Shown: one piece after another, positions 31,044 through 41,006 of the stretch
How the letters are laid out: the number at the start of each line of letters is the position of its first letter
Position numbering within the stretch: position 1 is the stretch's first letter
Assembly (NCBI GenBank): GCA_047495785.1
Contig: JBLDXI010000030.1
Location: 186,001 to 250,000 of the forward strand
DNA length: 64,000 bases
Source of the DNA: Lepidodermella squamata
Taxonomy: Eukaryota > Animalia > Gastrotricha
Reading direction: 5' to 3'
Notes under the pieces: model-generated
The model's input: the letters and a program-made list of their open reading frames with translations, nothing else
What the model was told of the DNA's origin: nothing
Database searches by the model: none
Translations under genes and position numbers: made by a program

Positions 31044-31361
31044 TTCTAAAATAAAAAAAGCAAAATTCTCAATATTTTGTAAATTTATTGATGGAAAAAC
31101 AAATGAGAGCTAGTTTGATCAGCGTTGATATTTGGGTGAATCAACTCAGCTTTTTGAGAAGAATTCAGGCCGAATTTATAAAAATGCGAAATTTTCATTT
31201 TAGCATCAATCATTCTCAAGTATGCTGGTTTAATTTTCCCATCGAACGCTGGTTTTTGCAATTACAAGAGTTTTAGCGATTTGAAACGTGAAACGCACGA
31301 CCATAACAGAACAACATAACATCGAGATGGCATAAAAAAAATTCAAACGCCGCAAATGTAA

Positions 31362-32393
31362 CTAGTTTTTTTTGCCGCGGCGTGTGGGTTTCGGTGTTGC
31401 TTTAGCTACGACATCTCCAATCGCAGCTAAATATGCCCACCAAAATTTCAGTACTTTCCATAAGCTTTTCAGAATGTTCCAAGCCGGAAAAATAATGCGC
31501 CCGAAATAGGCTAATTGTGTCATAAAAATCCACCTCAAAAAAATGGCGATCATGTACTCGCCAAAGAAATATTTCGCAGCGATTCCTTGTTTCGACCGGA
31601 TAAATAGATGAGACGAGCATTCACTCAGAAATAATAATGCAAGAGAAATCAGATGAATTTTCCTGCGGAAAATCAGCAGAAAAGCGAGGAAAAAAAGATA
31701 AAAAGAACCTCGATACCGGTAAAACCCAGCTTCCAATTCAGAGCTATAGATCGTTTGAGAAGACAGAACAGTACAAAATGTTGATTGCTTCAAAAATGAG
31801 ATTAAATCCAGCCAGATTCCATCCAACGGAACAAAATCGGCCAATGATTTCAAGGCAAAACTACTAAGTTCAAGAAAAGGATTGTTTTCATCCTTGAAGT
31901 AAGTAACGAAACTACAAATGTCTCTAGCGTCTGAAAGCAAAAGTGCCCATTGCATGAGCTCGTGAGGCTCCAAAGATTTCGTGATACAAGATATCTGATT
32001 AGAAACGTTGGCGCCTAATGCAATCGGACATGATAATTCTTTGGAAGAATTTCTGTCCTTCAACCAGCATTTTAGCATGGTCTCGGCAAAATTGCCCCAA
32101 GAAACGATATTATTTGCACAATACGACTTCGCTTTTTCCAACCAGCTCTTGTAACAAGGCGTGTTTTTTGATTGGATGCGCTCGAAGGCATCGCGACCCG
32201 CGATAACTTGAACCGGGGGTACTTCGGTTATTTCCAGGGCGCAACTCATTGCCCACAGAACAGAGAAGCAAACAACAAACGACAACTTTTCTGACTTTCC
32301 CTTGAGCATGTTGAGCATGAGCATGAGCGGGTTGACTCGAAATAATATCGCCAAGCGTTTTCGATGGCGCCCGATGCCAACATTATATACCAT
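31362..32393 (-). CDS. Cargo gene B: GEX1/Brambleberry/Kar5-like membrane protein
   Basis: Signal-like segment (LSFVVCFSVLWAMSCA), six-Cys domain C-x11-C-x16-C-x12-C-x13-C-x23-C (FAETMLKCWLKD, SDARDICSF), about 3 C-terminal TM helices and a basic tail. The true start may be a downstream Met near 32310. Confidence 0.68.
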   Translation of the reverse strand: MVYNVGIGRHRKRLAILFRVNPLMLMLNMLKGKSEKLSFVVCFSVLWAMSCALEITEVPPVQVIAGRDAFERIQSKNTPCYKSWLEKAKSYCANNIVSWGNFAETMLKCWLKDRNSSKELSCPIALGANVSNQISCITKSLEPHELMQWALLLSDARDICSFVTYFKDENNPFLELSSFALKSLADFVPLDGIWLDLISFLKQSTFCTVLSSQTIYSSELEAGFYRYRGSFYLFFLAFLLIFRRKIHLISLALLFLSECSSHLFIRSKQGIAAKYFFGEYMIAIFLRWIFMTQLAYFGRIIFPAWNILKSLWKVLKFWWAYLAAIGDVVAKATPKPTRRGKKN

Positions 32394-32713
32394 CCATTTC
32401 TGCGGCTCCTTGAAACGCCCTGGTGATCGTCACGCATACAATTTTTCAATTGCTTTCAATGCTTTTATTTCTTTCAATTGTTACCTTCAATTCAACCACT
32501 CGCGCAGCAGTTCGAGCGCAACGAGCACGAGTGTGTGCAATCCTGGCGCGCATGGGGCTGTGAAGTGTGACTAAATTATTTCGCGCGCGCGCGCGCACCT
32601 GCGGAAATTTTGCGCGCGTCAACGGTAAACGGTAATTACAGGGCGTCCTGTGCGACATTGGCGCGGCCGAGAGGAAGTAGCCTTCAGCCGAGGCATTCGC
32701 AGTTTTATTTTAG

Positions 32714-32991
32714 ATGAAAAATGAGAAATGCCGCCGCGACTTGGTGTTATGCAGTTTTAGCCGAGACTGCCAAACCGCAAATGCGGCAACAACAAGAAGA
32801 ATCGAGCTTGAAAAAGGAAGTAAAAGATTATAAATCGTACTCATTCAATTTTGCTTTTATCATTTCGATCATGTTTTCTCTCGAAACTTCAGATTATGAG
32901 ATGAGCTACGAAGAGGGCGTGGGTGTTGTTACTCGCGGCGCCGTTCGTTTTTTCATCTCATCAACGTTGCCGCCGACACCGCCGGCTACGT

Positions 32992-33032
<41 letters not shown>

Positions 33033-33677
33033 GCCACGACCACGGCTGCGACTGCGACTACGACTACGACAGCGACCTCACCACCGGCAAGCAGGCCGAC
33101 AATTACGCGAGCACCGTCGAGTTTCTGGCCAACATCGCCATCAACTCCGGTCTCAACGATCGCCGATGTTAACAGTCTGATCGCGCTTGCCGCCAGTATT
33201 TCAGCTCTGGCTGTCTACATTCTCGTCGCTGCTGTAGCATTGTTCTGCCTCTGGCTGTGGTGCTTCAAGAGGCCTCGGGCGTCAGCAGTCAACATTGAGG
33301 CGCCACCTCCAAGGCCGCCGCCGCCGCCCCCACCGTGTCCGCCGTGCCGCGAGCAAGTCGAACCGTGTCGGGTAGAAGCCGTCGTCGAGCAGCAACAACG
33401 CGAGGCTCAGCCGCAAGTTCAAGTGGCTGCTGCGGCCGCAGCTCCGCCTCAAGAAGCAGCAGCTCCGCCTCAAGAAGCAGCCGGCCCTGCGCCTGTGGTA
33501 CCGAATGCCGCTGTTGCTGTTGCTGTCCCTCAAGTTGAAGTCGCACCGCCGCCTCCGCCACCGCCTTTTCACCCCGCGGCCCCTGCACCGCCGTTGTTTG
33601 TTTTTCAAGGCGCTAACGCGCCGCCGGAAAATCAGCAGCGCCCCAGAAGGGGGCGGCCAAAGAAGACGCAAGCGTGA
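32714..33677 (+). CDS. Cargo gene C: single-pass membrane protein with Thr-rich stalk, Pro/Ala/Gln-rich tail and C-terminal AT-hook
   Basis: (ACCACG)n Thr run, TM ALAVYILVAAVALFCLWLWCF followed by KRPR, and terminal RPRRGRPKK. An alternative 5' model (ATG 32714, intron 32820-32892) is in frame with the ORF-track frame. Confidence 0.7.
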
Positions 33678-36600
33678 ACACCAGTGTTCCAGCATGAACC
33701 GGCCCTTTTCAGGGCCACAAGTCCTTGCAACAGTGTTTCCCTAGTTTTTTCCAGTCATTTACGGAGATATTTTGAAATAAACATCTTGGCATTTTTCTCG
33801 TTGCTGTTTTATATTTCTAGCTGTTTTGCAGACTTGCCGCTGCTGGCTCCGCCGTTTTGTGTGTGTGCTGGGTGACAATGCCGGGGGGAACCCCCATACT
33901 GTCACCGTTTGTGAGTTGACAAGTTGTTTGTTTGTTTGTATGCCGCCAATGTGTTCACAATCTATGCACGCCTTTCGCGCACGCTGTTTATTATATCAAA
34001 TAGTTTTGGCTTTTGGGTCTAAATGCGATTGCTGATATTCTTGCGTGGTTATATGACAATTGAGCAACGGCAATTCGGAATTCGGCAAAAAAAGAAATGA
34101 AAGTTCTTTGTGATTTTTGAGACGTCCCGTTCGTTGAAGGCCATGGGTCCGGAATGAGCACTCTTAGGGTCGCTCGTTGGGGTCTCTTGAGGACAGCTCG
34201 GTAGCGATTGGTGCAGTCTTGCTGACATTCCCAATCTACCACTTTTGGCTTTTGTAACACGATGAAGTCGTCGGCCACCGTTGGGGCAGGGCGTCATTGA
34301 TAAATCGTGGTCGACCCGAGTGGAGATCTAACTCATGCCCATCGATCTTGACGCTCAATGCCCAGCAGACAGCTATCCACTGAACTACTGTGTGCCCAAT
34401 TCCACAATATTTGTTTTATTCGATCGAAAACGACAACTCGGCCAACGGCAGTGAAAATCCAACATACCCTTGAGCGACAATTTGGCAGAAGACACCACCC
34501 GTGCCGCCAGCCGCCAGTGTGCGCACAGTCTATGCACGCCTGTCGTCTACTCCACTAATTATTCTGTTTTGGCTTTTTGATCTAAAACTAGTTAACCACC
34601 CTTTACATTACAGCCGTATCGTACTGGGAGCAAGCTACGTAACGAAGTTGGTGGTAGATTGGAGACCGTCTCACGAGCGGTCATTTCATTACCTCGATCC
34701 TGGCGCCCCATTTTGAGATGCGATATTACTAACCTTTTTTTTATAGAAGGTAGACGCTCTAACAGCCAAACATGAAGCGTGGCAAGTGGCAACTACTCAG
34801 GAGTCTTAAAAGGTACTGGCCGAAGCGTTCGGCCGGCCCTATGAAGCTCGGGAATGGCGGCGTCCTTGCGCTGTCTGTCGATGTTGCTCATAGGTTACTC
34901 GATCAGTTGTTGAAACTCATTACGCCGTTGACCGAATCTGTTGCTCTTAGGCTCTTGGGCTGCTGCAGCCTGCAGTAGGATGCGTCCGAACTTGATCTGC
35001 GACGAACTGAGTCTCTACAACTGCCAGTACCGCTGAGTTTTCCGTTAGCCAGCGCTTGGTTCAATTTAGCATACACTTTGACTCGCCTATGGCTTTCTAC
35101 AACTCCCGGGTTCGATGGTTGTAGAAACTTTCTAACCGTAGCACCACCGTAGTTCTTACCGTAGTACCGTAGTGAACACGTTGCCGTTTAGTACGGTACC
35201 GTAGGTGGACAAAATGATAAGTGACAGTAGCAGATGAGATTTGAAACTACCGCGCCGCAGTGCTTTACCGTAGTTTCTACCGTAGTCGTGACTTAGAACT
35301 AAGATACATATGTACGGTATGCATGGTGCTAGGGGTGTCACCTCTTTTGTACATAATGTGCACAACTGGTCTCCTCCGTTTACCCAGCACCTTTGGCACG
35401 GCGCAGGACGCCATCTTGAGAGTCCGTCCTACAACTACTACGCCCCCGAGCACTGCTGTCGCTTGCCAGGCGAGTTTGTGTGGCGCATTCAACGCCGCTA
35501 TGAGGTAACCTTGGGAGGTAACGCCGTTCGCTAAGTGGTGCCGTTGCGTGAGGTTATGGAAAGGTTGCTGTGAATCTTGGTCGTGGCATGCATAGAGATT
35601 ACAGCAGGCTCGATTCAGGCCTACCCCGATAGTTTACAGGTAGAACTACCATCATTGTTCTCGTCAGTCTCAAAGGTTCCCCCCGGCGCTACTGCGGCAG
35701 CTTTGCTGCTGCTGTTGCCAATTATCTGATATTTATCGCTTGTTTAGCCAGGTGTAGTCAAGTGCAGTCAAGTGCCAACATAACGCGCGCTCCATTGTTG
35801 CGCATATTTTGAAATAATAGCTGAGTGGTTCACAATAACGGGCGAGATCGAAACGCGCGAGCAGCGTTGCGCGTCTCATTCTTCGAGTTGCGCGCGCCAA
35901 TTTTCAACAGCCTCTGATTTTCGTAACAACATAAAGCTTTTTCAACCCATGAAAATCACGACGACCAGCGGAACCTAAATTCTACTCTACCGCTGATTCG
36001 ATTTCCTCAAGTACTAGGTTTGATTAGGTCTTAGAACTGTTTTCGAAATTAGAATTATATTATGTCCAACCGCAATATCTTAGAAATAGTTATTTTCCAA
36101 GACATTTGGTATGTAAAGGTGAGCCCCGAAAGCCAACATAGTCCGGTATTTCCAGCAGGATAAGTGAAAAAATACGGTATTTAATTTCGTCTTCAGATTT
36201 TTTGGCGCGGCAGCTGAGAAAAATTTTACGTTTTTTGTATCGACAGCCTCATCCTAGTTGATTCGACCCTTGAAGGAATAGAATTTGCAAAGAAACCAAC
36301 CAGATTTGTGCTTGGAAAGAACCTGCATTGTAGGCCGGGTTTCGTATGGTCAAAGTCCAAAGCATGATTCACGCTACTGAAATAATGCAGCTAGTTTTTA
36401 GAATAATTTTTCAAATTCTCCAGATTCTCCAGATTATTGAAGAGTATCTTGAGAATGCTGGGTTATTTTTTACAGTGGAATTTCTAAAATAGTTTGAAAA
36501 ATCTGAAAAATTTGAAAAATAAGGCTACGTATATAACGTTACAGAGTAGTGCTATTTTTAACCGTCACGCGCTATTTTTAGACTTGTACTTTGACCCTGC

Positions 36601-36706
36601 AAACCCGGCCTACAATGTGTATCAAATTATAGAGGGGATTCCGTCGGGGAAAAATCAAAACTTGAAGATAAATTTGGCATTTTTTTATTGACAGAAATAG
36701 AAAAAT

Positions 36707-39138
36707 ATGCCTCATCACATAATTTATCATCCTTTAGCTACCAAATTATTTGTAATGTCTGACGTCGTCGTCGACGACGACTGGATCGATCAGTTATTAG
36801 AGCCGCCGTTGGTATTCGACTTTCTTGGTACGCGGCGGCTTCTCGTTCAACCTGATTCTCAACTGGACCCGTATGGCGTATTCAAGCTCATTTTCGACGA
36901 AGTGATGGTGAAAATGATTTGCGAAGAAACCAACGACCAGGCCGAAAAGAAGATAGAAGCAAACACTCTGCCCAATGCTCGAATTTTGGCTTGGAAAAAT
37001 CTGGTTCCAGAGGAATTCAGAGTTTGGACTGGAATTTGTCTGCTGATGACATTAGTCCAAAAGTCAACGTTCAACAAATATTGGTCAACGGAGCCGCTAA
37101 CCGCAACTCCATCGTTCGCCACGCTCATGTCTCGTGATCGATTTTTGCTGATTTTATCCTGCCTTCATTTTGTTAATAACGACTTGAAAGAGCAGCTCGA
37201 ACCCAACGACAGGCTCTGGAAGGTAGGTTATAAAAATATATTCTCGATTTTTTTTACTCGTTGAACATTTTTTGAAGACTTTTCGTTTTTTTTTAATTTA
37301 ATCTATTTTTTTCTAATCAACAGATCCGGCCTATTCTCAACCACTTTCAAGATCGCATGCGATCGATCTATTCGCCGCACAGATACCTCTCAATCGATGA
37401 GCAAAACCTGTTGTTCCGCGGGCGCCTCGGGTTCAAAGTTTACATAAAAAACAAGCGCCATAAATTTGGAATCAAGGTAAATAATTTGCTTAGAAATGTC
37501 GTAAAATGAAAAAAATGATTTCGCCAGAAAACGAAATTCGCGAATTTTATTTTCGACTTGGAAATCCTAGCTAATTTGCCAAAAATACCAAAAGCGATTT
37601 TGACTCGCTGGAATTTTTTTCGCCGATTATTTCTTTTTTTTCATCGCAGATCTACATGTTGTGTGAATCTGAAACCGGTATCGCGTTACGCTTTCATGTT
37701 TACACAGCGTCTTCGTGCGAGCAAGACGGAATCATAGCCGGCCCTGGTCACACCAGATCGGTTGTTGAGGGCCTCATGAGAGATTTTCTTGATCAGGGAT
37801 TTTCCTTGTTCATGGACAATTTCTACAACTGTGTCGAATTAGCGAAGTTCCTCTTCAACCGTCTAACTTATCTAACAGGTAAACAAAAATTTTCCTTTTG
37901 CGTCCATAAAAATCTCAACCCATCACACAAATTTACGTCAACATTTTATATTGAATAGGCACTCTGAATCCCAAGCGAAAGGGAAATCCTGAACTTGTTG
38001 TACAACATAAACTCCAGCGCAATGAAATGGTGTGGCTGAGAAGCGGCCCTGTTTATGTTTCCAAATGGAAGGACAAGCGCGATGTTTTGATGCTATCAAC
38101 TGAATTTCCGCCAGTATGGGCCAACCCACCCACCAGTCGCAAAACAGCTTCTATCGAGAAGTACCTGTCGACCAACGCCGACGAGTCGCATATCAACGTT
38201 GCGGGCGACGAAAATTCAGCGAACGCCAGCTTCGAACCGCTGCAAGAAGAGGCGGTTGTCGAACCGAATTTTGCGGGTCACCAGGCCGACGAAAGCTCAT
38301 CTTCGTTTGAAGCGGGTGCAGACTCATCTGATGACGAGATTGTGGAAGACGATAAGAGCAGCGATGAGGATGGGTCATCTTCAGGCTCGGAATGCGGCGA
38401 GGAAGAGGCGCCTAGCCGAGTTGATTCAAGGAAAAAGCCGGGCCCGGCCGCTGCCGCGCGCAAACGCAAGTTGCCGGATCAGACCGGGAAAGGCGCGTCT
38501 AAAAACGGGCCGAAAGCGAAAAACACGCGCCAAGCACGTCGCCCTCCCCAAGATCGGCTTCCTAAGCCGCTGCACGTCCTCATCTACAACATTCTGATGA
38601 ATGGAGTGGATAAAAATGACCAAAAGGTTTGTTGAATTTCCATTGGTTTCGTTTTGATGCTGTCATTATCCATCGATTCATTCGATTCAGTTTTTTTCGG
38701 TTTTAATTTTTATTACGTCATTTGCAGGTATCTTATTACGAATTTCTGAGGAAGTCGCTGAAATGGTACCGAAAGGTGTACTTTCGCACTCTCGAGTACA
38801 TCTTGTTGAACGCTTACGAGATCTACAAGTTCAACACCGGCATCAAAATAACGCTTGAAGATTTTCGACTCGCCGTGATCAAAGGCCTCATTGGCGAGAA
38901 ATGGGATGTGATCGCTGATCAATTCAAGCCAAAACCGGCGACTCGAACTGAAGAAAAGCCGTACCACGAGCTGACCGCTATCGCGCCAAAGTCAACTCGC
39001 GTGTGCCTACAGTGCGGGAGCAAAGCCTCGAAGGAATGCAGATTCTGCCCCAAGGGCAAAAATGGCTTTTACCCTGCCTTTCACGACAGTTGCACCGGCA
39101 AATGGCATCATGTCCACTATTACGGCTATTCCCTATAG
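36707..39138 (+). CDS. piggyBac transposase (PGBD4-like DDD), 5 exons, apparently intact
   Basis: Exons 36707(or 36755)-37222, 37324-37476, 37650-37878, 37959-38626 and 38728-39138 splice in frame. Motifs: MSRDRF, catalytic SIDE, FMDNFY and GVDKNDQ, plus WKDKRDVLMLST, KWYRK and a C-terminal CxxC...CxxC...H..C domain. Confidence 0.93.
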
Positions 39139-39869
39139 GTAAGAGTCACAAGGTACAACATTTTCGTAAATTCGCGCTATAGCTAAATCTCATAGGTTGT
39201 GGTACGTGTGGGCTAATTATCGCGCACACATACTTAGGTGTGCGTAAAAAATGGCCCGCGCGGTGCCATTACGACAAGAAGTTACACGTCTATTTTTGAA
39301 AGAAATGTCATTTTAGCTATAACGATTATTTCGAAAGCCGGAGGGGCGGCTGCGCGGCGCCGTGCGTGATGAAAATGTTGGATTTTTTGCCATCGTTTTT
39401 TATTGAGGCGTGTCTTGAACGCCTCCGTTCTTGATAAGCGTTCTACTTCCAACTGTTAAATAACATCTATTTTTCAGCTTGTGTCTGCAGATCATAGCGT
39501 CAATTCTTTACTACAATTTCCCGTTGTCGACTTCCCTCTCGAGAAAGTTGGCTCAGTGCTTACGAGAAGAAAAATGAATAAATTATTTCGTTTTTCGGAA
39601 ATTATTTTCAACTGCTCATGTTTTTGTTGATGTTTTTACTTCGAAAAACCACTGCAAGAGAATAAAAGGCGTTTTTTTATGTGTTGAAACATGCGTTAAT
39701 TAAATGCGCGAGAATTCCGCGGAGTGTGCGTGCCGCGCGGTGAAAATCCTCCGCGGAGAGCAGTAATTACTGCCCGCCGCAGTGAAAGTGTTAATGTATA
39801 TCATCCTGTTTTGGCAAAACTAGATGATTCTCCTGCTGTTGGCAGCTTCAACCTTACTTCAAACCTCTT

Positions 39870-40460
39870 CACCTGGGGGAAAACGACGACGCTTGTTGTG
39901 CCTGTTTTGTTCCAATTCACTTACATTCCATTAAACTAATGAAGACGTGCCGAGCAGTAACAGAGCTGGTTTTCTGCATGGCGAATCAACGCGATGATTA
40001 AAAAATCAGGCATGACTGGCTCGAGATATGTCTTCATACTCCCAGCTAGTTCCTTCGCAGATCCCACGACCTTGCCCCCTGTTATCTACTCTGGCTGCAA
40101 TAGGGAGATGATAACCGCGCAGTATCTATCAGCTTTCCTGGTGTCGTCACAGCTCAACACGGACGAGCCTCATGCTAGAGTTCCTCTTGGCTATAATATG
40201 CTAATATAATATGTTAGCTGGCAGTGTGAAAGCGCGTCGCGTCTCGTGCGATTCGAGCTTGGCTGATCATGTTGACGAGTTCAAATTGTGGCTTCATGCT
40301 ATGGTGAATGGCATAGCACTTCACGTGGCGACGTGCTTGGTAGTATAGTCGGCACTAATCCCATCGCCATGCGCTCGTCATTTCATGCGCTGCTGTTTTA
40401 TTCTATTTGGCTGTGACACTTACTTTGTTTAGGTCTTTGCGTGGTAAAGCAACAATAACA
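39870..40460 (+). pseudogene. Multiply deleted class C GPCR pseudogene
   Basis: Collinear fragments VPVLFQFT / KTCRAVTELVF / GMTGSRYVF...FADP / AMVNG...ATCLV match the start, middle and end of the neighbouring receptor. Confidence 0.75.
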
Positions 40461-41006
40461 TCTTCCATTCAAAAGTAGTCAGTAAACGAATTATTGATGA
40501 TTGAAAAAATGACTTTGAAATCCCGAAGTTTGCCTCGATGAATATCATTTTCTTCACAGTATCGCATTAATAGAAATCCGACTTTGGACCTCGAAACTTC
40601 ATCTATTAATGCTGTAAAGTTGAATGTTGAAATAAATTCTTCCCAATGATTGGCACCTTTGCCCTTAGCCAAATTATACTTGAGCTTATAAGTGTAACAA
40701 TATCACTGTCTGTAATTGGTACGAACTCGAAAAATCTGACAGCTTGATTAGCGTAGGCCTTCTGGTGAATTCAATCTTAGCAAGCAATATCTCATTCCAC
40801 AGGACGGTAATAATCATTCGACCCAGGTCTCCGAAGGCTTCTGTGCTGATACAGTTACGCGAAAATCCGTTATGATACGTGACATTAGCAGTGTTCTGCA
40901 TGCAAAAACTTTGCTCCAAATTAGCTTCGTCACGCCCACATTAAAAAATAATTGCTCCTCTGGCCCAATAATTTATTGCTGCTATTCCTCAGCATCGCAA
41001 ACTTCA

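Larger units (their letters stand above)
29613..39790 (+). mobile_element. Large (~10.2 kb) piggyBac-superfamily DNA transposon carrying cargo genes
   Basis: Left end CACTTTCGCTGCGG (29613) and reverse complement of the right end CACTTTCACTGCGG (ends 39790) match 13/14. TTAA follows the right end. Perfect inverted subterminal repeat CTCCGCGGAATT at 29633-29644 and 39713-39724, plus further CTCCGCGGA copies near 29678 and 39749. Encloses a piggyBac transposase. Confidence 0.8.

Noticed and set aside
32923-33744. Overlapping Arg/Pro-rich and antisense ORFs over cargo gene C
   Set aside because: Shadow frames of GC-rich low-complexity repeats such as (ACCACG)n and (CCG)n.
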